A stretch of DNA of 64,000 nt from Candidatus Bipolaricaulota bacterium (GCA_937921255.1 CAKZSO010000024.1:11781-75780); one strand, 5' to 3'; shown: positions 19,446-30,022, counted from the stretch's first letter. Numbers and translations are program-made. Notes: generated by a model not told the origin, from the letters alone.

Positions 19446-20242
19446 GGGCGCTTGTTCGCCGGTTGGGTCCCCTCTGCGACATCCACCTCGCGGCGTGGGG
19501 CGGTTCGGTGGGAAACCCCGGCCAGGTGTGGGTCGAGGAGGAAGGGCGAACGGTCTGGCTCGTCAAGGTTCTCAAATCGCCGATCGTGAACCCCAATAAC
19601 CCGCGGGGCCACCTCCTCCGAATCGCCTCGCCCGCAGACCGCGAGACCTACCAGACCTGCCTCTGCGAGGCCGACCTGCTGAGACAATCGGCCCAGGATC
19701 GGGCCACGGCCCACAACCTCCCGATGCGCTTCCTGGCCGCCGAACTCGACCTGGGCAGGACGTTCGTTCGCCTCCACTTCTCGGCCCCAAACCGGGTGGA
19801 CTTCCGCGAGTTCCTCCGGGAGCTCGGTGCCGAGTTCAAGCTGCGGCTGGAACTTCACCAGATCGGCCCGCGCGACGAGGCGCGCATCCTGGGGGAGGTC
19901 GGCCCGTGCGGGAGGCCCCTGTGCTGCCGCACGTTCCTCCACAAGCTCCGCCCTGTCCCGCTCGAGCTCGCGTTCGAGCAGCAGCTCTTCTTGAGCCCGG
20001 AGCGGCTGACCGGGGCCTGCGGCCGACTGATGTGCTGTCTGGCCTACGAGCACGAGCAGTACCGCGACGCACTGGAGGGGCTGCCCAAGATGGGAACGCG
20101 GATCACGGTCGAGGGGCGCACGGGGAAAGTGGTTGGGCTCAACGCGTTCCAGAGGTCGTTCACCGTCCAGTGGTCGGACGGAACGCGGTCCGAGCTCAAC
20201 GGCGGGAAGCCCGGCGACCGGGCCGATCCTGAGACGCGATAG
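19427..20242 (+). CDS. ricT: PSP1/YaaT (RicT) iron-sulfur protein
   Basis: RVDFRE, QIGPRDEA, GPCGRPLCC, GACGRLMCCLAYE. Confidence 0.9.
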   Translation: MAADNLGALVRRLGPLCDIHLAAWGGSVGNPGQVWVEEEGRTVWLVKVLKSPIVNPNNPRGHLLRIASPADRETYQTCLCEADLLRQSAQDRATAHNLPMRFLAAELDLGRTFVRLHFSAPNRVDFREFLRELGAEFKLRLELHQIGPRDEARILGEVGPCGRPLCCRTFLHKLRPVPLELAFEQQLFLSPERLTGACGRLMCCLAYEHEQYRDALEGLPKMGTRITVEGRTGKVVGLNAFQRSFTVQWSDGTRSELNGGKPGDRADPETR

Positions 20243-20249
20243 CGGCCCG

Positions 20250-20960
20250 TTAGGGGGCGATCCGCAACCCGTCGGGGAGCAGCTCTTTGAGGTAGAACGT
20301 CCCGCCCTCCCCCGGCAGCTTTCCGGCCACGAGGAGCTCCCCCTGACCGTACAGCCACGCGTCGCCCTCTCCCAACCGCACGCGGTAGGCCTCAGCGGGG
20401 AGGGTGCGGCCGTCCGCGGCCAGGCCCGCCGGCTCCGGTGGTGATCCAACAAGAGGGACGGTGGACCTTGAGCCCGGAAGCACGGCTGTCAACGCTCGCG
20501 CGCTCGGCTGGGCCTGGAGGTAGCGGTGGACGGCGTACCACGGGCCGATCGCCTCAACCCCGAGAAACGCGTACGGGGGGAACACGGCGACCATGGTCTC
20601 CCTCCGAAAGAGACCGGACCCACTCGTGATCCGAGGCCTCCCCTCGACCACGCGCACCGAGACCGGCGCCCGTCCCTTCTCTACGTAGTACAGCGGGTTC
20701 CACCCCCGGTCCAACACGAGGACCACCTCGACGATCTGGGTCCCCACCTGCAGGCGGGACTCGAGGCGGTAGGTCTCGCCGACCAGCCACAGGGTGAACG
20801 TCTCCTCGACCAGGGTTCCCCCCCTCCGTTCGACGACGTAGGTTCCCTGCTCAACGATCTCACCACCGACCAAGCCGGGGATCTCCTCCGGAGCGGGCAG
20901 AAGAACGAGCACCACCCCGGCGATGACGACTCCGATCAGCAGAATCCTCCATAGGTCCAT
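20250..20960 (-). CDS. Membrane-anchored beta-rich hypothetical protein
   Basis: N-terminal TM helix; GGAGG RBS. Confidence 0.7.
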   Translation of the reverse strand: MDLWRILLIGVVIAGVVLVLLPAPEEIPGLVGGEIVEQGTYVVERRGGTLVEETFTLWLVGETYRLESRLQVGTQIVEVVLVLDRGWNPLYYVEKGRAPVSVRVVEGRPRITSGSGLFRRETMVAVFPPYAFLGVEAIGPWYAVHRYLQAQPSARALTAVLPGSRSTVPLVGSPPEPAGLAADGRTLPAEAYRVRLGEGDAWLYGQGELLVAGKLPGEGGTFYLKELLPDGLRIAP

Positions 20961-21045
20961 CTCCGCACCTCCTCGTGCCGATGGTACCGGGTTCGCTCAA
21001 TCCCGAGGGGAAGGTAATGTCGGACCACGCTCCCAAACACCCCCC

Positions 21046-23124
21046 TCAGGCGGAGTCCTTCGCGTTCCGGCGGGCGACGATCTCCTCGGCCAGGGCGTGG
21101 GGAACCGCCTCGTAACGGGCAAAGCGCATCGAGAACTCCCCCCGGCCGCTCGTGAGCCCCCGAACCTCGGTCGTGTACCCAAACATCGCCGCCAGCGGCA
21201 CCTCGGCGTGGACGACCTGCGTCCTGCCCTTGGGTTCGAGGGCCACGATCCGACCCCGCCGAGCGGCGAGGCTCCCCAGCACCGCCCCCACGTCCGCCTC
21301 GGGGACGGTGACCTCGACCTCCATCACTGGCTCGAGAAGCCGGATCCCCGCCTTCCGGCACGCGTCGCGAAACGAGGCCGCGGCACAGGTCCGGAACGCC
21401 TGTTCCGAGGAGTCTACCTCGTGGGCCGAGCCGTCGAGGAGGGCCACCCGGACGTCCACCATCGGGAACTGGGCATAGGGCCCTTCCGCCATCGCCTCAA
21501 CGATCCCCCGCTCGACCGCCGGGACGTACTCCCGAGGAACCCGGCCCCCCACGACCCTATTCGTGAACTCGAACCCCTCTCCCGGGGCGGCAGGCTCGAC
21601 CCGAAGGACGACGTGGGCGTACTGACCGTGGCCACCGGTCTGCTTGACGAGCTTCCCCTCGTGTTCGACGGTTCCAATCACCGTCTCCCGGTACGCAACC
21701 TGGGGCTGGCCGGTGGTGACCTCAACCCCAAACTCCCGACGGAGGCGGTCGACGATGATCTCCAGGTGGAGCTCGCCCATCCCCGAGATGACCACGTCAC
21801 CCGTCTCGGCGTTGGGGCGAACCACGAACGTCGGGTCCTCGGCGGACAGGTCAGCGAGCCCCCTCCCGAGTCGGTCGCTGTCGGTCCGTCGGGTGGGAGC
21901 GATTGCGAGGTCGACCACCGGCGCGGGGAACTCGATGGGGGCAAGCACAATGGGCCGCTCTTCGTCGGCCAAGGTGTCCCCGGTGTAGGTGTCGCCCAGT
22001 CCGACCGCGGCCCCCACCTCGCCGGCGCGCAGCTCCTCCACCGGCTCGCGGTGGTCGGCGTGCATCCGAAACAGGCGCCCGATCCGCTGGCGCGTGTCGC
22101 GGCCCGCGTTGAGGACGAACTGGCCGCCCTTGAGCACGCCCGAGTACACCCGCAGGTAGGTGAGCTTGCCCACGTGCCGATCGGCCTGGACCTTGAACGC
22201 GAGGGCCGACAGGGGTTCGTCGTCGCGCGCTCGGCGCACCTCCTCCTTCCCCTCCCATGTCCCGACCACAGGCGGGAGGTCCGCCGGCGACGGGAGGTAG
22301 TCCACCACCGCGTCCAGGAGCCGCCGGATGCCCTTGTTGCGAAAGGCAGACCCCGCCAGCACGGGGATGAGCCGTCCCTCCACGGTTGCTCGGCGCAGGG
22401 CCGCCCCGACCTCCTCCACCGTGGGCATCTCCCCCGAGAGGTACTTCTCGAGAAGTCGGTCATCCTCTTCGCTTGCGCGCTCGAGAAGCGCGTCCCGGGC
22501 CATCTGGGCCTCTTCGACAAGGTTCACGGGGATCGGGGCCACCTCGATTTCCATCGCGGTGCCGCCGTCGCGGTAGTAGATCGCCTCCATCCGCAGGAGG
22601 TCGATCAGACCCACGAAGTTCTCCTCGGCGCCGATCGGGATCACCACCGGGACGGCGCTGGCCCCGAGCTGGTCCCGGATCTCGCGGACCACGCCCCAGA
22701 AGTCGGCCCCCGTGCGGTCCATCTTGTTCACGAACGCGATCCGGGGGACGCGGTACCGCTCCGCCTGTCGCCACACCGCCTCCGACTGGGGCTGGACCCC
22801 GCCCACCGCACAGAACAGGGCGACCATCCCGTCCACCACCCGCAGGCACCGCTCGACCTCGGCGGTGAAGTCCACGTGGCCAGGGGTGTCGATCACGTTG
22901 ATCCGGTGGCCCTTCCACTCCGTCGTGGTCGCCGCGGCGGTGATCGTGATCCCCCGCTCCCGCTCCTGGGGCATCCAGTCCATCGTCGCCTGGCCCTCGT
23001 CGACCTCCCCGATGCGGTGGGTGCGGCCCGTGAAGTAGAGGATTCGCTCGGTAACCGTGGTCTTGCCGGCGTCGATGTGCGCCGCGATGCCGATGTTCCG
23101 GACCTTCCTGATGTCGTGCCCCAC
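21046..23124 (-). CDS. fusA: Elongation factor G (outside str operon)
   Basis: [34 protein letters not shown]. Confidence 0.95.
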   Translation of the reverse strand: MGHDIRKVRNIGIAAHIDAGKTTVTERILYFTGRTHRIGEVDEGQATMDWMPQERERGITITAAATTTEWKGHRINVIDTPGHVDFTAEVERCLRVVDGMVALFCAVGGVQPQSEAVWRQAERYRVPRIAFVNKMDRTGADFWGVVREIRDQLGASAVPVVIPIGAEENFVGLIDLLRMEAIYYRDGGTAMEIEVAPIPVNLVEEAQMARDALLERASEEDDRLLEKYLSGEMPTVEEVGAALRRATVEGRLIPVLAGSAFRNKGIRRLLDAVVDYLPSPADLPPVVGTWEGKEEVRRARDDEPLSALAFKVQADRHVGKLTYLRVYSGVLKGGQFVLNAGRDTRQRIGRLFRMHADHREPVEELRAGEVGAAVGLGDTYTGDTLADEERPIVLAPIEFPAPVVDLAIAPTRRTDSDRLGRGLADLSAEDPTFVVRPNAETGDVVISGMGELHLEIIVDRLRREFGVEVTTGQPQVAYRETVIGTVEHEGKLVKQTGGHGQYAHVVLRVEPAAPGEGFEFTNRVVGGRVPREYVPAVERGIVEAMAEGPYAQFPMVDVRVALLDGSAHEVDSSEQAFRTCAAASFRDACRKAGIRLLEPVMEVEVTVPEADVGAVLGSLAARRGRIVALEPKGRTQVVHAEVPLAAMFGYTTEVRGLTSGRGEFSMRFARYEAVPHALAEEIVARRNAKDSA

Positions 23125-23334
23125 TGTTCCTCCGTTCTCGCGTCCTCGAACCCACACTCCCCCTCACCAGGGGGGATGGAGCTGGACTTTGTTTGACCTC
23201 TGGGCTGCGCATCGCGGTGGCGCGATGGCACGAAAGAGGGAAACTCAGCTCTTAGGATAGACGATCGGAGGCCCAAGTCAACCTGCGCCGCCGACCGCGG
23301 CTGCAGGGGGGCTTGACAGCAGGGGAGGCCCTCG

Positions 23335-23838
23335 TCAGTACAACCAGCCGTGATCGAGCCCGATCCGGATGAGGGTTTTGACCCGCTCCTCCGGGGCCGG
23401 GCAGCGCGGGTTCGCGGCCACCACGCCGAGCCCCGTGGCCACAACCCCGAGGGCGATCACGACGCTGCCGACCTCGTGCCCTTGCAGGCCCAGCCAGTAG
23501 CCGCCCCCCATGAACGCGAGTCCCCCCAAGATGAGCCCATACCGCGCCGTTCGGCACGAGGTGAGCTCCCGTTGGGCTCTCCCCAGCGCCCTGCGCCACT
23601 CCGCCTCCGTCAGGCGGGGAACGACCACCGGATCAATGCTGAACTCCACCCGTGCGACCTCCGTCAGGGGAAAGGACACTTGGAGTCCACCCGTCGCACA
23701 CCACTTCACGGAGTCGGCGGTCACCCCGCACAGCTCACCGGCCACCCGCTGCCCGCTCTTGAGGTGCAGCGTGTCCGCGCAGGCCGTAGCACCGACCAAG
23801 AGTCCAGCACCCACTACCAGCCACCACCGTCGCATCAT
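23335..23838 (-). CDS. Exported/membrane hypothetical protein
   Basis: Signal peptide, DTLHLKSG beta domain, two C-terminal TM helices. Confidence 0.7.
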   Translation of the reverse strand: MMRRWWLVVGAGLLVGATACADTLHLKSGQRVAGELCGVTADSVKWCATGGLQVSFPLTEVARVEFSIDPVVVPRLTEAEWRRALGRAQRELTSCRTARYGLILGGLAFMGGGYWLGLQGHEVGSVVIALGVVATGLGVVAANPRCPAPEERVKTLIRIGLDHGWLY

Positions 23839-23944
23839 CGGACGACCTCCCGGGGGATCTCCCCCCCCCGCTTGTAGCGGATGTCACCTCGACGGAGCGA
23901 GGTCGCAGGACCCCGTCCCATGGCCCCTCTGTCCACCCCGCCCG

Positions 23945-24499
23945 TCACCGCCGCACGAGCGTCCCGCGGAACACGCCCCGCCCGCGCCAGAAGTACTCCG
24001 CCCCCGAGATGATGGCCAACGCCACGGCAAGGTACAGGAACGCGTCTTTGAGCCCGTGTCCCCACAGTCCGAGGCCGAAGTAGCGGGTGGCGAGGATGAA
24101 CAGGACGAGGCCGATGTGGGAGAGGGTCTTCAGCTTTCCGAGAGCACTCGCTCGAATCGTAATCCCTTCACTAATCGCCAGCACGCGCAACCCGGTGACG
24201 AGGAACTCCCGCCCCAAGATCGTCACCACTGGCCACGCCCGCAGCTCCCCCAGTTCCACGAGCGACACGAACGCCGCGGCCACGAGAAGCTTGTCGGCGA
24301 TCGGATCCGCGAACGCCCCGAACGCCGTCTCCTGCCGCAGGGTGCGGGCGAGGTACCCGTCCACCGCGTCGGAGAGACCAGCGAGGGCAAAGATCGCGAT
24401 CGCGAGGATCTTGAAGACCGCCCCCTCCGCGTAGAGGAAGACCATGAACAGGGGGGTGGCGAGGATCCGGGCGAGGGTGATTTGGTTCGGGATCGTCAC
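23945..24499 (-). CDS. pgsA: CDP-diacylglycerol-glycerol-3-phosphate phosphatidyltransferase
   Basis: PNQITLAR and DAVDGYLAR..GAFADPIADK motif. Confidence 0.93.
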   Translation of the reverse strand: MTIPNQITLARILATPLFMVFLYAEGAVFKILAIAIFALAGLSDAVDGYLARTLRQETAFGAFADPIADKLLVAAAFVSLVELGELRAWPVVTILGREFLVTGLRVLAISEGITIRASALGKLKTLSHIGLVLFILATRYFGLGLWGHGLKDAFLYLAVALAIISGAEYFWRGRGVFRGTLVRR

Positions 24500-24578
24500 G
24501 CCGGGCACCCTAGCCCCCTTCCGATCGCTTGTCAATCCCGTTTGCGGGGGCTAGGATCGAGGCCCGGAAGGAGGAGAG

Positions 24579-25493
24579 GTGAAGACGAATTCAGATCGGC
24601 TCATCATGCTATCGGTGGTCGGCGAAATCACGAACCCCACGATGCGCGGGTACCGGATCAGCCACGACGGGCGGCCCCTTGTCCTGCCCGGAGTGGGCGG
24701 GATCACCTACAACCTGCGGGTGGGCGACCCCGCGGTGGGCTGGGCCGCCGACCACGTCGAGCCCGGGGTCTCGATCCGGAACCTCCTCAAGGACCGGGAG
24801 GGGCTCCCGCCCACGAACGACGGGCTCAACTTCCTCGCCTGCGTGGGAAACGAGGCCACCGTCCTCTCGGGGGACGCCAAGGGCGCGAAGGGCGTCGTCA
24901 CCGGGAAGCACGGCGGGATCGAGCACGTGCTCGTGGACTTCTCCCCCGAGGTCCTGGAGGTGCTCCAGATCGGGGACAAGATCGGGATCAAGGCGTTCGG
25001 GACAGGTCTCGCCCTCCTCGACCACCCCCAGGTGCGGGTGATGAACCTCGACCCGCGGATCCTCCCCAGGATGCCGATCGTGGAGAAGAAGGGCACCCTG
25101 ACCGTCGGGGTCACCCACGCCGTGCCCGCAGCCATAATGGGATCGGGCCTCGGCGCCGACACGTGCTACCGCGGGGACTACGACGTCCAGCTCTTCGACG
25201 AGAAGACGGTGACGGCGTACGGCCTTTCGGACCTCCGGCTCGGGGACCTTGTCGCGATCCTGGATACAGAGCACGCCTACGGCCGGGTGTACAAGACGGG
25301 GGCAATCTCGATCGGGATCGTCGTCCACTCCGATTGCGTCGTGAGCGGCCACGGCCCCGGGGTGACGACCCTGTTCACGAGCGCCAGCTCGGGCGCCCTG
25401 CGCTACACGGTTGACCCCAAGGCCAACCTCGCCGACTTCCTCGGCCTGCGGAAGAAACGGCCTGCTAAGGCCGTGCGCAACACGCGCGCTTAG
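24579..25493 (+). CDS. DUF4438 (TM1086-like) protein
   Basis: PGVGGITYN, DHVEPGVS, CVGN, GKHGG, SGHGPGVT. Confidence 0.85.
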   Translation: MKTNSDRLIMLSVVGEITNPTMRGYRISHDGRPLVLPGVGGITYNLRVGDPAVGWAADHVEPGVSIRNLLKDREGLPPTNDGLNFLACVGNEATVLSGDAKGAKGVVTGKHGGIEHVLVDFSPEVLEVLQIGDKIGIKAFGTGLALLDHPQVRVMNLDPRILPRMPIVEKKGTLTVGVTHAVPAAIMGSGLGADTCYRGDYDVQLFDEKTVTAYGLSDLRLGDLVAILDTEHAYGRVYKTGAISIGIVVHSDCVVSGHGPGVTTLFTSASSGALRYTVDPKANLADFLGLRKKRPAKAVRNTRA

Positions 25494-25595
25494 CGTCGGG
25501 CGGCGCGGGCGATAGCGGCGAATGCGGCGGGGGCGCGGCGCGCCTATCCACGCCTGCCGGCCTCCTTATGACCCCACACATCCCCGGACTGCTTG

Positions 25596-25847
25596 TCACC
25601 TAGAGTTTTCCCGCCTGAATGTCACGACGTAGTACTCCCGGAGGACTTCCTTCGCGCCAAGCAGCCCGCCCAGGCATCCCGGCTTGGTGACAACGCCAAT
25701 CGTGTCCACCCTGTAGAACTCCCAACCGTTTGCTGCCTGCTCGCTGACGATCGACTCTAAGTAGTAAGCTGCCTCCGGGCCGCGCGACTGCCGTTCCTTG
25801 ACCGCGATCGTAGGCGGAACCTGAACCATCTTGTACTCGTACACCAC
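25596..25847 (-). CDS. DUF4177-like small protein
   Basis: YEYKMV..GWEFYRVD..Y.VTFRR. Confidence 0.75.
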   Translation of the reverse strand: MVYEYKMVQVPPTIAVKERQSRGPEAAYYLESIVSEQAANGWEFYRVDTIGVVTKPGCLGGLLGAKEVLREYYVVTFRRENSR

Positions 25848-25923
25848 AGCTCCCTCCCTCTTCCCTCAGCAACCCTCTCATTCGCCTCACGCCGCTGTCC
25901 GAATACGAAACCGCATGGGGAGT

Positions 25924-27030
25924 TCACGGGCCCTCCTGAAGCACCTGCGCTACCGCCTGCTGCCGGGCGACCCTCGTCTCAGTGGAGGGGTGTGTATCCC
26001 ATAGACCTTCCACCCAAGTGCGGTTGCGAGGCTGGAGTTGCCACCGGTCGGCCAGGGGCAGCTTGGCAAGTTCCGTGGCTACCAGCTCCTCGTTGAGCTG
26101 ATGGATCTTCTCCAGGGCTATGCCCATGTGCTCAGGGCGCGTCACCTCCGCTGCCACGTCGTCAGCTGCGTACTCCTGCCTCCTGCTCAGGTGCAAGGCG
26201 AGCGTGGAAGCTGCCTTCGCCAGCAACTTCGCGAGCGATCCCGCGACCACACTGAACCAACCAGAGAACGCCAAGATCGCTCCAAGGACGCCCGACAGAC
26301 GGGCGTCCTCTCCGGCTCTTGCCTCCTCGGCAGCCGTTGCCTCCAGGACAGTCCCAATGCGCGCCATGCGCATACCACTCCGAATGGACTCGTCACCGAA
26401 GTAGTCGAACACGGAGACCCACGAGAGCGCCAGGCCATCTCGAAGGTGATCTCGATTCCGCAGGTGACCGATCTCGTGGGCGATGACCGCTCGCATCTCG
26501 TCTGACGACAGGCGGTTGGCCAAGTACGCGTCAACCGTGCCCCGCGTGAGACACACGGTTCCCCCGGAGAGGCTGGACAAGGCCATCGCATTCACCTCTG
26601 GCGTCTCGGCGATCCGCAAGATAGGAGTCCTTTTCAGGCCAGCTTTTTGGGCGATCTCCTCCAGCCAGTGCACGATCTCCAGGGGCGCGTCCTTGAACGG
26701 TTTCATCATCCGGGCCGAATGCGGGCTCAGGATGTAGGCCCACACGGCGGCAAACGCGATCCCGACCAGAAAGACCAGCGGGATGAGACGTGGTGCGTAG
26801 ACGTACACCGGCCATAGCAAGACCACCGTGATTGCCAGGAAGATCCCGACCGTGTAGGCCCAGCTGACGATCTCGCTTTTCCTCCGTTCGCGGGCAAGGA
26901 GAACTCGGACGAACTCATCCCATGTGAGCGCCTCCGCGCGGCGTGCCGAAAGGCGCGCGCGAACGAGCGCCAAGCGCTCGTACGTCTCCTGGTCAACCGA
27001 GATCGAACGCTCTTCCATCATCGCCTCCAT
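25924..27030 (-). CDS. M48/HtpX-like zinc metalloprotease with N-terminal RHH-like extension
   Basis: NAMA, AVIAHEIGH, SRRQEYAAD, THPS; TM segments. Confidence 0.88.
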   Translation of the reverse strand: MEAMMEERSISVDQETYERLALVRARLSARRAEALTWDEFVRVLLARERRKSEIVSWAYTVGIFLAITVVLLWPVYVYAPRLIPLVFLVGIAFAAVWAYILSPHSARMMKPFKDAPLEIVHWLEEIAQKAGLKRTPILRIAETPEVNAMALSSLSGGTVCLTRGTVDAYLANRLSSDEMRAVIAHEIGHLRNRDHLRDGLALSWVSVFDYFGDESIRSGMRMARIGTVLEATAAEEARAGEDARLSGVLGAILAFSGWFSVVAGSLAKLLAKAASTLALHLSRRQEYAADDVAAEVTRPEHMGIALEKIHQLNEELVATELAKLPLADRWQLQPRNRTWVEGLWDTHPSTETRVARQQAVAQVLQEGP

Positions 27031-27057
27031 GTCCAGGCCTTCCATTCCTGACTACAA

Positions 27058-27228
27058 TCAGCCCACTTCGCCGCTGCCGCGGCAGTTGGGGCATTTGTGC
27101 TCCCCAAGTCCACTGCAGCGCGAGCAATCGGAGAAGCCCGTGAGCGCGTTCCCTCTCTTGCCGGTTCCGCTGCACGCGCTGCACCGGACTACGCCCTTCC
27201 CTTGACATGTTGGACACTTTTTCCCCAC
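27058..27228 (-). CDS. Stand-alone DnaJ-type zinc finger protein (56 aa)
   Basis: Four CxxCxGxG repeats; GGGAGG RBS before GTG. Confidence 0.75.
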   Translation of the reverse strand: MGKKCPTCQGKGVVRCSACSGTGKRGNALTGFSDCSRCSGLGEHKCPNCRGSGEVG

Positions 27229-27317
27229 GATGAACCTCCCTTCATGCCTCTGACCATCGCCAGAGGCCTTGACTGGGCCCACGGCGAGGCACCGAGCAAC
27301 AACCCGCGGTACCCCGC

Positions 27318-27650
27318 CTACTCCCTGTGCCACTCCGTTGCCCAGAATCCAATCACCGAGCCTCTGGAAAACGTGATGGTCTTGCCCTTGATCGTCGCCT
27401 GTACAGCAGATCCGTCCTCAAATCGCAGCGTCAGTGTCCCGCCCTTGACCTCGTACCGCCCGTAGTCCCCTCCCAGTGCGCCGACCGACAGGTAGAACGT
27501 CCCATCTCGATCCAGTTCGAGATACCCAGCCTCGCTCACGTAGGTACCTGCCATTGCTCCCGATGAAGAGCACCCGGCAGCAACACCAAGCGCAGCGCCC
27601 GCGACCACGAGAAAAGCGAACACCCACTTCACACGTCTCGCCCACTCCAT
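27318..27650 (-). CDS. Small lipoprotein
   Basis: Lipobox VAAG-C; DGTF..G.YEVKG.TLTL beta pattern. Confidence 0.75.
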   Translation of the reverse strand: MEWARRVKWVFAFLVVAGAALGVAAGCSSSGAMAGTYVSEAGYLELDRDGTFYLSVGALGGDYGRYEVKGGTLTLRFEDGSAVQATIKGKTITFSRGSVIGFWATEWHRE

Positions 27651-27825
27651 AGCACCACTCCCCCTGGCTAGCCCCGATCCCTGGCTGCGGACACCCGGCG
27701 AAGACAAAAAGGTACCCTCGCGCCAACAGCAAGCGACACCCCGCGCATAGCGTCCAGGTGCGTTTCAGCGCCACTGCGGCCGTGGTGAGCTCCTTCCGGG
27801 CGCGTATCTCCGCCAGCGCGATCGT

Positions 27826-28128
27826 TTAGCCACGCGCCACCTTGTTCAGCGCTGATTGGACAATCGCCATCCCAATCAGACTAAGCAGCCAGAGCAGAAG
27901 GAACGCTACCCCGGCGGACATGCCCCCCTTGGTTACGTGGGCCACTCCCTCACAGAACTTCCACGTCCACCAGATGTTGACCATGGGGATGAGGATCAGC
28001 CATGCCGTGGGGATGCCCGCTCCTTGAGCGTTCATCTCGGACTTCGTCTTGACGATCCAGTAGATGGTGTAGAGCCCGCCGGTGATGACCGATAGAACGA
28101 CGATCCCAGCCACGGTTCGCCTTTTCAT
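27826..28128 (-). CDS. DUF4234-like membrane protein
   Basis: LSVITGGLYTIYW..K..E..Q.ALN pattern. Confidence 0.75.
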   Translation of the reverse strand: MKRRTVAGIVVLSVITGGLYTIYWIVKTKSEMNAQGAGIPTAWLILIPMVNIWWTWKFCEGVAHVTKGGMSAGVAFLLLWLLSLIGMAIVQSALNKVARG

Positions 28129-28526
28129 CCGAGAGCTCCCTTGTAGTTGGTCTTGACCTATCCCGAGCACCCATGTCCTCCCCGTCTTCCACCTCCCGCT
28201 CTTCGTGAGCGCGTCTCACGATCCATCCTGGCGGCACATGCTCCGCAGCGGGCAACCCTGGTCAGATCCGCTCGTGATCCATCTGCCCCGCGCATCTGCC
28301 ACGGCCACTGGCGGCTCTCGATCCGTGGCCGGTGGGGGTGGGTTGGGACCGGAGGGTGGGGAACGGGAGACCACACCCAGCCAAGCTCAGTAGTCCCCGG
28401 GAGAGTCAAACGACCAGTGCTATCCTGCCCAGTCCCACACCTCCTATCCGCTTTGGAACCAGTGCCATCCTCTCCCGTTCTCGGCTGGCTCTCTCATTCG
28501 GAACCGCACCAACTCCTCCTCTCCGC

Positions 28527-29567
28527 TCATCTCCCCCGGCACACTCGGTTCGCGATCTCGCGGCCCACGGCCCGAGCGATGTCACGGGGACTGGCCCCGA
28601 ATCGAAGCCCGAAGATCTCCATCCCCGACACGTTCACCAACACCTCGAACGCCCGGAACGCACCCGTGCCCAAGTCGAGCACCCGCACGTCCACGGTCAC
28701 CCAGCAGGCGATCCCCTGGAAGAACAGGTCCAGCAGCGGCAGGTTGATCGAAGGGGTCTTGATCTCCTTCCAGTCGGTGATGATGCTCTCCACGAGGTAG
28801 TCGGCAGCCATCGCCCGGGTCGTCCGGCACCCGCGCTCGGAGAGGGCAGTCTCGGTGGCCGTCGCGAACAACCGCCCGACGTCGACATTTCGGATCCACA
28901 CCCCGCTGCGGTTCTCAAAGTCGAGCGCCCCAAACGTCGGCGCGGGCGAAGTACACATCTGGAAGCAGCGAGCGGGAAGCGGGTAGCGCTGGGCGATAGC
29001 TCGAGCCAGCGTGCACGCGATCTTGTCGCCTGCCCGTTCGAGGGACTTCTTGCCCGCCAGCTCAGCGGAGAAGTCCACCCCGCCCGTGTGCAGGGCTTCG
29101 GCCGCGAGGATCCGCCCCGTGGCGACCTCGATCGCCCGTACCTCGACCCGCGCCCGACCATCTTGCACCCGCGGCTGCCCGGGGATCCGCAGGACCTCGA
29201 ACACGGTTACGGTGGACACGGCCTCCCCCACGACCAGGATATTGGCCGCGATGCCGTTTCTTACAGCGAGGGCGCGGATGGCCGTGGTGTCGCCGGCCAA
29301 CGCTTGCTTGACTAGGCGCTCCAGATCGCTCATCCCAGCTTGGGTGGCACGGAGGACGCGGATTTGAACGAGGTCCACAACGTTGAACCCGTAGTCCAGG
29401 AAGTGCTTGATGATCGCCGTCTCCGCCGCTGGATCCGGGATTGGCCGCGGAACCCGTTCGATGATCACCGTCTCCGGGATCACCACCGCCACTGCGGGAC
29501 ATGCTTGCCCAAGACCCACCAACCCCACGAAGAGAAGAACCGCCGCTGACGCCACCCACCTCGCCAT
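28527..29567 (-). CDS. Secreted protein with two CsgG/TolB-N-like domains
   Basis: Signal peptide; VEVRAIEVATGRIL and VDVRVLDLGTG repeats; GALDFEN. Confidence 0.7.
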   Translation of the reverse strand: MARWVASAAVLLFVGLVGLGQACPAVAVVIPETVIIERVPRPIPDPAAETAIIKHFLDYGFNVVDLVQIRVLRATQAGMSDLERLVKQALAGDTTAIRALAVRNGIAANILVVGEAVSTVTVFEVLRIPGQPRVQDGRARVEVRAIEVATGRILAAEALHTGGVDFSAELAGKKSLERAGDKIACTLARAIAQRYPLPARCFQMCTSPAPTFGALDFENRSGVWIRNVDVGRLFATATETALSERGCRTTRAMAADYLVESIITDWKEIKTPSINLPLLDLFFQGIACWVTVDVRVLDLGTGAFRAFEVLVNVSGMEIFGLRFGASPRDIARAVGREIANRVCRGR

Positions 29568-29839
29568 GCCCTCCCCCTCTGTTCCAACCTTGGTCCGTAG
29601 GCCGTGAGCCGCCAACCTCGGGCGGCCTACGCCCCTGCCCCTTCGACAGCTGAACGTAGTGCACCATACCATGAAGCGAGGCTGAGCGTCAAGTCTGGTT
29701 CATGAACTGCGGCTCTCCGTCCCATTCATTTTTCGTTAGTCGCAGGGCAGGAGGACCTCGGAATCGCACGCACTTCATAGGGCGGCGATGGTCACAAGCT
29801 TGTACCAGCTCTACCGGAGTGAGCATCCTGGATGCTGCG

Positions 29840-30022
29840 TCTCACCGCTAAGCGCGCAGAGACCGCTGAGAACACCCGGTCTGGAGTTGAATCCAAGTCC
29901 CCGAGGTCTTGTCGCGTCGCAGCTGGTCTGCGACGAACGGCCGTCGGGGACGAACCCCGACGCTGCAAATCCCTTCTCTCTGCGAACTCCGCGGTCTCGG
30001 TCACGCGGTCTCCGCGGTGAGA
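29840..30022. repeat. Inverted-repeat element built of degenerate 9-mers with internal hairpins
   Basis: TCTCACCGC...GCGGTGAGA termini; AGAGACCGC-like units; inner stems GTCGCAG/CTGCGAC and CGTCGGGG/CCCCGACG. Confidence 0.55.
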
